The notes beneath the pieces were generated by a model, which saw only the letters and a list, made by a program, of their open reading frames with translations, was not told where the DNA came from and ran no database searches. A stretch of 64,000 nucleotides of DNA from Eledone cirrhosa (lineage: Eukaryota), in the NCBI GenBank assembly GCA_964016885.1, contig OZ024740.1, positions 146,754,001 through 146,818,000 on the forward strand, written 5' to 3'. Shown one piece after another: positions 37,638 to 50,089 of this stretch. The first letter of the stretch is position 1. The number at the start of each line of letters is the position of its first letter. The position numbers and the translations under genes are program-made.

Positions 37638-38037
37638 GTGAGATGGACAAATTATGTTTTAAACAGAAGACCTCACGTAAATTCCAACCTATGACATAAT
37701 AAAATATCCAAGTCGAGATATTAGTGAGAAAGATTTTATGAACACAAAGAAAATCTCCCTTGTTTGACAACGGATTTAACCTTTTGATACCATCAAACAG
37801 TTTGAAATCGCCCTGGTTTCATAATACAAAACCTTCTATCATAATCTTATGTACAAATCTTTTTTAACTTAGGTTCCAAACACCAGCTTGATAATGAAGT
37901 TAGTTATAGCACTATATACTTTCAAATTCTTGATTATTTTCAAAATATTTAGAAATCATAAGAAAAATAGTAATGAAAGGGTGAAACAACTTAAAATATA
38001 AATAAAGATATAAACAATTCGGACTGAATTTACTTAC

Positions 38038-38163
38038 CAATAGGCCGTAATGATGTTGTGTTGCTCTCTGTGCTGAATATGCTGATGTAGGACATCCTAA
38101 TAAGTTACATGGCTGGTGCTTTTCTCGCTTCCTCCATTTTGCACGCCGATTTTGGAACCAAAC
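38038..38163 (-). CDS. Internal exon of a PRD-class Q50 (aristaless-like) homeobox gene, encoding helix 3 and downstream residues
   Basis: taag|GTT acceptor, VWFQNRRAKWRKREKHQPCNLLGCPTSAYSAQRATQHHYGLL, and |gtaagt donor. The exon is 126 bp and phase 0. An intron before VWFQN is typical of the PRD class. Confidence 0.9.
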
Positions 38164-38322
38164 CTTAATGAAAGACAACAAACTTTATTAAAAAAAACAA
38201 CAGCTTAGTAGTAGTTATTACAGAATTCCAAGTAGTAGTAGTATTAGTAGTAGTAGCAGTAGTAGTAGTAGTAGAAGTAGTAGTAGTTTGCTTGAAGTAT
38301 TGTGGAATATGAGATACAAATA

Positions 38323-38608
38323 CGACTAGGAAATAATTGTTTCTACTTTTGGCACAAGGCCAGCAATTATCCCAGAGCATTACTGGTACTTTATTTTATC
38401 GACCCCGTAAGGATGAAAGGCAAAGTTAACCTCGGCGGGATTTGAACTCAGAACGTAAAGTTCAAATCCCGCCGAGGTTAACGACTAGGAAATAATTGTT
38501 TCTACTTTAGGCACAAGGCCAGCAATTACCCAGTTCATTACTGGTACTTTATTTTATCGACCCCGTAAGGATGAAAGGCAAAGTCAACCTCGGCGACTAG
38601 GAAATAAT
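38323..38608 (-). mobile_element. Tandem/rearranged SINE doublet
   Basis: Two SINE bodies, with cgactaggaaataat present three times. Confidence 0.8.
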
Positions 38609-39371
38609 ATTGGTTATTTGGAAGTAGTTGTAGTAGTAACAAAACAATAACACAAATAGTAATCACAAAGTGAAAGAAAGAAACAGTACACATACAATAC
38701 TAAGGATAAATATTGATTTAAAGAAATTAAAGAAATATTTATTTACTATGTCAAAATTAAAAATTAGCGATTAATTAGATTTGAGAAAATTTAATGAAGT
38801 ATTCAAGAAAAATAAAATATTTCGAAAATAAAAAGATATTTATTAATCTCTTTAAACAATGAAATTTTAAAAGTAAAACCCCCGCTAAAAAAGAGAAATA
38901 TAAAGATATGTTACAAATCTTTGAGAAGAAAAAAAAACACCTTAGGAAACCAATCAAAAGGCAGACTGACAAAATGAGTCATATGCTTCAACAATATAAT
39001 TATTTCGCAGAGGAAGTGATATGGCTATCAAAGAAAAGGACAACTACATAAAAATCCAAACATCTGGTTAAACGCTTACATATCCTACACATTGCCCTTA
39101 CATTGCCGAAAGCTTTAATGAAAATATGTACAGTACACCGTTCTGAATGCCGAAATACCCAGACAAAAATCTTAGTCAGATGATGGTTGAAGCTCCGCTA
39201 GTGCTATGCTAACTATCTATCCCTTGGCAGCACATATCCTTCACCGCTGACCAATAAGGAACAGCTAGGTAATGTCGAAGATCGCTTCTGAGGCGTATCC
39301 TTTTACATCCCACACATAACTAAAACTCGTATTTTCAAGCCCTCAAAGCAACTTCTGTATGAATATTATAT

Positions 39372-39490
39372 TTCTAATTTAGGCGGGCAAGTGAAAGACG
39401 ATTAAATCGTCAACTTAACTGGTACTTCATGTTATCAACCCCAGAAGGATGAAAGGAAAAGTTGACCTTCGCGGGATTTGAACTAAGAAA
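39372..39490 (-). mobile_element. Degenerate SINE
   Basis: ggatgaaagg..agttgacc..gcgggatttgaac. Confidence 0.6.
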
Positions 39491-39614
39491 GCAGAGTCTA
39501 CCCCCCCCCCCCAAAAAAAAACACTGTTCAGTCTCCAGGGGTACTTAACTCGATTTTCTCAAATATTATTTCTAGGGATCGGCTATTATTATGGTCATTT
39601 GCACTGGGACGCAC

Positions 39615-39660
<46 letters not shown>

Positions 39661-39879
39661 TTGGGCCCGGAGCGTGGAGGGCCGTTGCTCTATACTGTAA
39701 AGCAAACAATTATTATTATTATATAAAAACTGAACTGTAAAAGTCAACAGTTGACATGATCTTGTATCAGTACTGACGGTAGTATATGTATGTGTGTGTG
39801 TGTGAGTGACGTGTGTGTGTTTGTATGCATGAGTGTTGGTGTGTGAGTGAGTGTGTGTGTGTGTGTGTGCCGTGAGTGT

Positions 39880-42800
39880 CAGTAAGTGGTGTTTTTTATG
39901 ACCATGCTGTAAAATGGAGGGGTAGAGAGGGCCCATGAGTCAAGTAAGACATCCTCTCTAGTGCTGGTGGCACCAATAAAACACCCAGTCCATGCTGTAA
40001 AGTGGTGCTGGTGTTAGGAAGGGCATCCAACCAGTGTATCAATGCCAAAACAATTATGAGCACAGCAACAAATATATAGGAACAACAAAAATATGAAGAC
40101 GTCGCATCTCAGAGTTGCAACAGTTAATGTTGGCACTCTCAAGGGTAGATCTGGTGAAATAGTGGAGATGCTGGAGAGAAGGCATGTGGATGTGTGCTGA
40201 GTGCAAGAGGTGAGATGGAGAGGTGCCTCTGCGAGACTAGTCGCAGGCAAACATCTTAGCTATAAACTTTTCTGGATAGGTAAGGATGATGGGTTAGGGG
40301 GAGTAGGCATTTTCCTGGCTGAGAGATGGATCAATAAGACAATAGAGGTAGTTCGAGTTAATAATCGAATAATTAAACTTAGATTAGTTGTAGGCAGGAG
40401 ACTACTGACAATCATCTCTGCCTATGCTCCCCAAGCAGGCCTAGGCAAAGAAGAGAAAGACTGCTTTTACGAGCAACTGTTACAAACAGCCGCAATGACA
40501 GAGGACGGAGACATCGTTATGCTAGCAGGGGACTTCAATGGTCATGTTGGACAGCTCCAGGATGGTTACACTGGGGTACATGGTGGGCACGGTTACGGCT
40601 CAAGAAATGAAGGAGTGAGACTTCTTGAATTTTGTGATGCAAGTACACTGACTATTTGCAACACTAACTTCCAGAAACCTGCCAACCACCTAATAACCTA
40701 CAAATCAGGCGAGCACATAAGCCAGATTGACTTCTTACTAGTTAGGCAGCGGGACAGACAGATGGTGTCAAATACCAAGGCATACCCTGGGGAAGAATGT
40801 ACCCCACAGCATAGGTTAGTTGCTAGTGATATCTCAGTAAGCAAGAGATGGAATGAGACATTCAGGAAGGTGTGGAGAAGAAAGGTCTGGAAGCTAAAAG
40901 ACCTTTCATTAAAATATAAATTTAGGAAAGCCCTTCAAGATGTGTATGACGAAAAAGAAGACGATTTAGAGTCGTATAACAGATAATAATTCGAATTTCT
41001 TACGTGACAACTTACTGCAGGCTACTGATGAAACTTGTGGCTGGAGCAGAGCTCCAACCAGACAGAGAGTGACCTGGTGGTGGAACAGCACAGTAGATAG
41101 GGCCATTAGAGACAAAAGACTAGCATGGAAGGCTTGGTGGGAGTAGAGAAGGATATACAGCCGCTAAGAGAGAAGCTAGACATCAGGTGTACTTAGCACG
41201 CAGGGAGGCTGAGCCAATGTTCTGCGACGGGAAGATCAGAGGCGTGCAGTGTTCCACATTGCAAGGCAGTGTGTCAATGCAAATCAGGATGTTGTTGGAG
41301 ATAAATGTGTCCGGAATGATGCCGGTGTACTTAGTGTCACGAATGATCAGAAAAGGGAGGCCTGGAAATGTCATTATGAGAGACTGATGAATGTGGAGAA
41401 CGAATGGAAGAGAGAGAAATTACCCTCAGTAGATCCGACAGAGGGACCAGCTATTGAGATTGACGAATATAGGGTCCAAGAGGCGATTAAGGAAATGAAA
41501 AATGGTAAGGCTGCTGGACCGTTGGGGATAGTTGCTGAGATACTGAAGGCATCAGGGGACGTAGGCACTAAATTGGTTGCACGCATCATCAATCATGCTA
41601 TTTATAGTGGTATTATATCCAAAGATTGGTGCAGCAGGCAGTATTCTCATAAATTGCTACAAAGATAAAGGGGATGCTCTGGAGAGGAGCAATTATAGGG
41701 GTATAAAACTGATGGATCAGGTTATGAAAGTGGCAGAAAGGATATTAGCACTACTAATTAGAGACAGGGTCAGACTAGATGAGATGCAGTTTAGTTTTGT
41801 GCCTGGGAAGAGTACAACAGATGCCCTCTTCTTGGTGAGACAATTACGAGAGAGGTTCTTAGAGAAGAATAAGCCACTATACTTAGCCTTTGTTGACCTA
41901 GAGAAGGCCTTTGATAGGGTACCCGATCTGTCATCTGGTGGTCCCTAAGGAAACTAAGTGTTGAGGAATGGCTTGTGAGGACAGTGCAAACTTTGTACAG
42001 AGGTGCTGTCAGTAAAGTCAGGGTAGGAATGGAGTTTAGTGAGGAATTCCAGACACAAGTAGGAGTACATCAAGGTTCGGTCCTCAGCCCGCTCTTGTTC
42101 ATTATAGTCCTCCATAACAGAGTAGTTTAAGACTGGCTGTCCATGGGAACTTCTCTATCCTGACGATCTGGTTCTTATAGCAGAATCAGTAGAGGAGCTA
42201 GAGAATAAATTCTGGCTATCGAAACAGCAGTTGGAAGCAAGAGGATTAAGAGTGTAACCTAGCTAAGACAAAAGTGTTGATGAGTAGAAAAGAGGACAAA
42301 ACCCTGATTCCGTCAGGGAAATGGCCATGTTCGATATGCAGAAAAGTAACTGGCATAAATTCTATAAAATGCACACAATGCAGATGTACACAAGAGATGT
42401 AGTGGGATAGCAGGCAAACTAACAGGTAGGGAGAAATACGTATGCAGTAGATGTACAGTAGAAGTCTCATTGATAGACACATTTTTCAAATGCAGGCGGG
42501 TGCTATAGAAGTGGTGGATAGCTTCCGGTACCTAGGAGATCAGATTAGCATGGGAAGGGGGTGTTCCGATGCCATAGTATCTAGAATAAGGACGGGTTGG
42601 AAGAAGTTTAGGGAGCTGCTTCCTCTGCTGACAAAGAAGGGTTTCTCCCTGCGTACGAAAGGCCGGTTATATGATGCCTGTGTGAGGAACGCGATGCTGC
42701 ATGGTAGTGGGACATGGGCAGCAACTGCAAAGGATATGCGACGGCTGGAGAGAAATGAGGCAAGCATGCTTCGTTGGATGTGCAATGTCAATGTGCGTGA

Positions 42801-43117
42801 ACGACCCAGCATGGATGTGTTGAGAGAGAAACTGTGTCTGAGAGGGATAGAATGTAGTGTGCGAGAGAGGAGGCTGTGGTGGTATGGACATGTGATGCGC
42901 ATGGAGGATGACCGATGGGTGAAGAAGTGCCAGGAAATGCCAGTTGAAGGAAGACGTAGTAGAGGTAGACCACGAAAAATATGGGCGGAGGTGGTGAGAA
43001 CAGACCTCAGATCATTGAAGCTCACAGTGGAGATGACGTGAGACCGTGACGAGTGGAGAGATGCTGTGCTGAATAAGACCCGTCCCACCCTTGCAAGCAG
43101 GGAAAAGCGGACGTAAA

Positions 43118-43152
<35 letters not shown>
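39880..43152 (+). mobile_element. Full-length decayed RTE-clade LINE
   Basis: 5'UTR aggaagggcatcc. APE motifs VATVNVGTL, VQEVRW and GDFNGH. RT motifs AFVDLEKAFDRVP, GVHQGSVLSP and YPDD. C-terminal RRSRGRPRK and an (ATG)n tail. Contains several stops and frameshifts. Confidence 0.9.
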
Positions 43153-43211
<59 letters not shown>

Positions 43212-43299
43212 GTGTGTTTGTGTGTATAGTTAGGAAAACAAGATAACATAAATACATAAACAATAGTATAATGAATGGAGTGGTGAGGTAAGTTATCAA

Positions 43300-43960
43300 A
43301 AGGGACCCTTGGACTAACACAACCACGCCTGCCTCCGATGCACTTTGCAGCCAAACAGCAGTTCGGGGCTCAATTCGGTGCCCACCTCATCAACTGGTAC
43401 CTTTCTTGGTGACAAGTGCACTAGCCCCGGAGTGGCCCAACGCCTCGGCTTCTGCATGTGTGAGGAACACAAATGTCGCTGTGGGGCTGTCGTTGACGAG
43501 TTTCGCCTACACCCACTCTCAATGACACACTGAGAAGGAATCTGGATGTATCTAGCTTCCCATCACAACTGGAGCCAGCAGGTCTCGATTGCGGCGACGG
43601 CAAGCGCCCTGACGGAATTAGCCTCTTGCCATTTGTGGGAGGTAAATCTCTAATCTGGGCGCCAAATGCTGTGACACGTTCTTTGCCTCAACTTAGTCGC
43701 TTCGGCCACAAACTACGGTACTGTGGCTCACAGTGCAGAGGACAAGGAGACAAGCACAAACCGGAGCTTGTCCAGCCGCCGTCCAGTCGCCATCGCTTGT
43801 CCAGTTGCCGTCGCTTGTCCAGTTGCCGTCGCTTATCCAGTCGCCGTCGAGACCTCAAGCGCCCTCGGACACCGCACTGCCGAGATCCTCTACAAAATCA
43901 GTACGTCAGCAGCCCGTCTGTGGAAGGAGCCTTGCCTCGCCCCAGACATAGAACCTATCA
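43300..43960 (+). mobile_element. CRE-like non-LTR retrotransposon remnant (restriction-like endonuclease region)
   Basis: HKCRCGAVVD..HPLS and LEPAGLDCGDGKRPDGISLLPFVGGKSLIW. Confidence 0.65.
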
Positions 43961-44649
43961 CCCTCTCCCCTTCCCCCTCCCTTTCTTCCGTGACTTCATA
44001 CTCCTTGCTTTTTCACTCCCTTTTCTCTCATTTATGGCATTTATAGCCCTTTCTCCTACTTTCCTATACAGCCAGATCTGCCCTTCTGGTGGTGTGGAGC
44101 GATAGTTGTTGAGAGTTGTGTGGGTGTAGTGTTTTGGCTGTTTCATAGACATTGTAGCATATATGTTGTGAGGCGGAAGAGGTGCTGGTGTGGATATGGA
44201 GGTGGTTATGGGCTATGTGTGATGGGAGATGTAAAAGTGCGGTGCTGTACTAAGGTGTGTGTGTGGTGGTGGGGGGGGTCTGTTTGTCAGCGGTTTGTCA
44301 AAGAGGAATAAAATAAAATAAAATGAAAGAAAAAAGAAAGTAAATTAAACCTAGGTTAAGGTTGGGGCTTTGGTGTAAACTATCTATATCCTTAAAGGGA
44401 TATTTGTACTATGAAAAAAGAATTAACGGTTGTGGCTAGTGTGTGAAATGAATATAAATACACACACATACACACACACATATATATATATATACACACA
44501 CACAGACATACATACACACACTTACATACATATATATATATGAGTGGATAAATGAAATTGTTGCTACACTAGCTATATGGGCTAGCTTATACACCGGTAC
44601 ACACACACACACACACATACAGATACACACACACACACACACATACAGA

Positions 44650-44681
<32 letters not shown>

Positions 44682-44869
44682 ACAAAGCTACAGACACACC
44701 CACGCATACATACATACACACGCCTGCATATACACACACTCAGATATATACGTGCTCATAGGCCCGGACATTCATACAACTATATCAGTCTGCAAGCGTA
44801 TATCCATATGTAAACACACAAACGCAGGTATATGTGTATGTACGAGCAGTGCGTAGAGATTATAATACA

Positions 44870-45165
44870 GGAATATATGGTGGTAAAAAATATATGGTAG
44901 TAAAAATATATGGTGGTAAAAATATATGGTAGTAAAAATATATGGTGGTAAAAATATATGGTGGTAAAAATGTTTTTTTAGTATAAGTATGAGAAGGATG
45001 AAAATGTAATAGTAATAGGAAATAAATGTAATAGTAATAGGAAATAAATGTAATAGTAATAGGAAATAAATGTAATAGTAATAGGAAATAAATGTAATAG
45101 TAATAGGAAATAAATGTAATAGTAATAGGAAATAAATGTAATAGTAATAGGAAATAAATGTAATA
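44870..45165. repeat. Two adjacent minisatellites (about 16-bp atatatggtggtaaaa and 22-bp aaatgtaatagtaataggaaat)
   Basis: Directly visible tandem units. Confidence 0.9.
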
Positions 45166-45499
45166 ACGGTGATGAAATTGGTGATACAAATGAAAGTAAT
45201 AAAACCAATTATGGTACTTTATAGGATGCTGGTGATTTGTGAGTGCTTCTTGCATGTGCGGTCCTTTTCATGTGGGTGAGTGGTGAATACATGGTGCTAT
45301 GTTTAATAATGAGGGACATGATAAAGAATACAATATAATATTAACAAGAATAACAATGGTAATGAATGTAACAGTGGTAACGAGGACGATGATAAAGTTG
45401 ATGACACATGATAATAATTGTGGTAGTTAATAGGATGTTGTGTATGTGCCTATTGTTGTCTGTGTTCAGGTGGTTAGGTTTTGGTCTGTCCGTGGTTTA

Positions 45500-46730
45500 T
45501 GTCCGAATACCATAGCGGAGAATGTATGTTTTTGTGTGTTAGCAGTTTATGAAGATTTCCGATTTTAAATTAATAGCAGATTTTAATTTAATGATCTCTG
45601 CCAATTCTGCTAGGCACAACCTGCAGTAGCTTCCTCCGGTGGAATGTTGGGCCACGTGTCTCCTTACGGACCATTTGATCTGGTATTTCAGATTTCTATC
45701 CTTGAGGTCCCAGATCAAATCGGCCAGTCTGGCTTGAGAACGCTTAGGTCTGTGTTTGAAGGAGCTTCTGTGGTTGTACAGTCGCTCCTTGAAGGTTGTC
45801 GAGGTTGTGCCTATATACGTGTATTCCTTGTGCCCAGCCATGACATCGCACTGGTATACAATGTTCCTGATGAGGCACTCTCCGCCCAGTGGACATTTAT
45901 CTGGCTTTTTGCAGTTGCACCTAGGGGCTATTGCATTATTGGTATGTTGTTGGTTGGTTTCATTTTGGTTGGAGTTGACTTGTTGTCGAACATTGTTGCG
46001 TATTATCTGTGTGGTGTGATTTTGTGTTGTGTTAGTGGTTGCTTAGGGTGCTTGTTTATGTTTGCGTAATTTGGTCCTATTAGTGTATGTTATAGTGTCG
46101 GCTAGATTGGGTGTTGTGGAGAAGGAGAATTTTACTGTGTGTCTGTTAAAGAGCTTCTGGTATTTGTGTGTGGGTAAAAAGGATTGGTTAAGGTCCCTGG
46201 AGAATGTTCCTGGGACATTGGTAACAACGTGTATGGAGCAGGGAGCGCTGTACCATGCCACGGTTCTGCTCCTGGTCCTACAACGTTTAGTGCGGTTGTT
46301 GTGGCTTGGTGTGTTTGTGGGTGTGTTGTGGTCAGGCGTAACTGTCTTGCGTGCTCTGGTGTGGTTTGTACCGTTTAATCTTCGGTCCCTATTAATTCGC
46401 ATTTATGTGCTAGGAGTCCTGTCCTGAGAGGGGTAGGAGGGTATGGCTTTACCTCCTTGGCAGTGGTGTGTGTCCTTGCCTGGCCTGTCGGATAGTGGTG
46501 GTCCTTGCGTGGTAGTTACTCTAGGGGGGAGGGGGAATGTTCTTATCAATACGTGTTGCTAAAAGCCTGTGTTGATTATGTAACGTTGTGTTGTTAGTCT
46601 GGTCGTTGTAGGTGATCTTATCTGTGTATCCAGCCATTTCTAGTGCGGAGTTGTAGTATCCTGCGTGCTGGTTGAAGATAAACCTATTAGCCGACAGGGT
46701 GGACAATCTGTTAGATACACTCTTAACTAT
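45500..46730 (-). mobile_element. Decayed PLE 3' part (Hydra-like GIY-YIG)
   Basis: YYNSALEMAGY, VAWYSAPCS, KLFNRHTVKFSFS, CNCKKPDKCPL, YIGTT..FKERLYNH, CRLC. Confidence 0.8.
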
Positions 46731-47463
46731 AAAGTTAATAACTGTTGTTCGGATCTAGTTGTTTAAACGGCCGAGGCTCAGCAGCTGAGGTCCTGATTTT
46801 TTTTCATATTACCCTCTTTACTACCCCAAGTATCGAGTACTCTGGAGAGTAATGACTTGTCTCACTGGTTTTTACCACCTCCAATCTGATATATATATAT
46901 ATACTATTAAAAAAAAATGTTCGCTCTACATGGCTGAATACAATGAATGTAATCTGAGTTTGTCGAATATTAATAACATTCGATTCGTTTGCAATTATGA
47001 AAACAAGCCTCAATTTTATATCCATGTCAGTAGAATGAACACTTCATTCTTGCTTTTGTGTTGGCATGTGAACAGAACTGCAGACACTAATGTTTCTGGG
47101 TATCACCCTTCATCAGTTCAGCTCACAGTTCACCTGCCAAACTGTCAGGGCTAGTGAAAATATATGCTATTTTCAAAAATACACAGTGACTGATCGGCCT
47201 GATTTGCATATTAGCAGACTGGCTGATCAGTCAGATCTGCATAGTAGCAGATCCACAGATCAGCCAGATTTGCATATCAGCAGACTGGCCAGTTAGTTTC
47301 CTGTATACGAGCGATACATGGCCGGCTTTGCCAAATTCAAATAAAAAAGAAAAATGTTCGTTCTACATGGCTGAATACAATAAATGTAATCTGAATCGTT
47401 TGCAATTATACAAACAAGCCTCAATTTTATAGCCATAATTACAAACGAATCGAATGTTATTAT

Positions 47464-47580
47464 GAGTTCAAATCCCGCCGAGGTTAACTTTGCCTTTCAT
47501 CCTTACGGGGTCGACAAAATAAAGTACCAGTAATGCACTGGTTAATTGCTGGCCTTGTGCCAAAAGTAGAAACAATTATT
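47464..47580 (+). mobile_element. SINE (3' part)
   Basis: gagttcaaatcccgccgagg...gtagaaacaattatt. Confidence 0.8.
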
Positions 47581-47624
47581 AATATTCGAAAAACTCAGAT
47601 TACATTTATTGTATTATAAATTAT

Positions 47625-48250
47625 GAGCTCAGGATTCCTTTTCCTTTGGGTACATAATTTACAGGGAATAACGAGAGTCTATGGCTCCGTTAATTTATCT
47701 TGATATTTCGCTCCTTATAACAGTTTGGTTGAGCACATCTCTTTGAGTATTTTTGGGCTGCCATTTCTAGCAGCTCGTCCCTCAGATACCACTGGTTCAC
47801 TGTCCTATGCACGCTGTCACATCTCTCTGCCGCGTGTTGCAGGACGGTTTTCTTATATTTTCTTAGAGGTGTCTGGAATGAATATGCCTTACACACTCTG
47901 ATGAACCATAGGCGCCTCCATTTCAGTCAATAATTTCTTGGCGAAACAGATCTCTTTGGATTTGTACGTGTGTGTTATATAGTTATAGAGGTGCGTATGC
48001 GCATTTTAATTTATATTTTTAATTATTGTGTGTCTACCCTGCCTTCCATAGGTTATAGATTCCATACACTGGTGGTTTCCCTGTTTTATTAATGGCACAC
48101 ACTCCCCCTCTCTCTCCCTCTACTCCCTCTCTCTCTAGTGTGTTACCCTTTCTACATATTGTATTTTAAAGAGCTCAGGATTCCTTTTCCTTTGAGCACA
48201 TAATTTACAGGGAATAACGAGAGTCTATGACTCGTTAATTTATCTTGATA
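47625..48250 (+). mobile_element. About 546-bp HHR-containing unit with an about 80-bp terminal direct repeat (pLTR/retrozyme-like)
   Basis: gagctcaggattcc...ttatcttgatat occurs at 47625 and 48171. Confidence 0.6.
47891..47973 (+). ncRNA. Type I hammerhead with an extended stem III
   Basis: acacact CTGATGA acca...tggc GAAACagatct cttt ggatttGTA^ cgtgtgt. Confidence 0.6.
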
Positions 48251-48265
48251 TATATATATATATAC

Positions 48266-48388
<123 letters not shown>

Positions 48389-48392
48389 ACAG

Positions 48393-48438
<46 letters not shown>

Positions 48439-48633
48439 GTGTGTGTGTGTGTGCGTGTATCTCTGGGTATTCAGCAGAGTATTCGTTACTTGGGACAGTT
48501 GAGTGTAAATATTGTAGAGAGTTGGAGACCTGACGGTTCAGATCTTGCCGTTTCGACAGCAAATTCCAGTCAGGCATTTGCTGTCGAAACGACACGAACT
48601 CAGCCGACGGGCTCCGACTCTCTACTACTGCTG

Positions 48634-48694
<61 letters not shown>

Positions 48695-48917
48695 ACACAC
48701 ATATATATATACCTTCATAATGTACATACATAGAAAAACACACCCACGTAAATATACTCAGAAGTTTCAGAAGATCCCGTTAAGGGTGAAAGAAGCGATT
48801 GTTTGCTTAAACTTTAATCTGTTATTTTAATAAATATTTGCTCTACGGTTCTTATATATTTGATATATATTTATCCTTATCGACCCCTCTTTGGATTTTA
48901 GTCTTCAAATTTATTAC

Positions 48918-49324
<407 letters not shown>

Positions 49325-49415
49325 TAAAAACTCCAGGAAAACTTTCTGTTGAGTGCTTCTAATCTATTGTAAAATTGTATTCGTTGAGTAATCAACGAAC
49401 CATACTAATCTTTGG

Positions 49416-49491
<76 letters not shown>

Positions 49492-50089
49492 AAAAGAAAT
49501 GCAATTGGAGTCTTAGTAGTGATATATATATAAAGTGTATTAATTTAATTTGTGTCTGTGAAATATAATTTGGCTTTCTACCTTTCATCGTTTATATTAT
49601 ATGTTAAGTAATGTCGTACATTAAAGGAATTATATATTCATGAAGTAGACGTTAGATGTATAAAAGATGGTGAAACAAAAGAGGTTGAATGATTAGTATC
49701 TTCATCCATCATTGTTTTTGCTTTCTGGGTTTATTTTAAACTGCACAATGTTTGTGGCAGGTATCATGGACCAGTGTTAGATATTCTCTGAGTCTGACGA
49801 GCATTTGTAATGGCTATTTTTAATATATTGTAATTGTTTTATATCCTTTAGCCATCATTTACTATGTAAGTGCATGTAGTATTTATCACAAAATATATAC
49901 TTTCTGTACAAAATTAGATTTAGAACTAGACAAGCAGGGATCAATCGCGCGTTAAAATAATCAATTTGCTCTTTTTCTAATCGATGTCACAACGAAACGA
50001 CGTAAGAACTGCATGTATATATCGATTTAATACTTTTCGTATTAAGGCATATATCCACAGTAGATAGATGGTATTTAAATTTGGTGGAC

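Noticed and set aside
37912-38181. The 89-aa ORF as a complete homeobox protein, or assigning a symbol such as Arx or Vsx
   Set aside because: Only 38038-38163 lies between splice sites, and helix 3 alone cannot distinguish PRD families.
44995-45165. Regular 22-bp repeats resembling a CRISPR array
   Set aside because: There are no unique spacers and the context is eukaryotic. It is a minisatellite.
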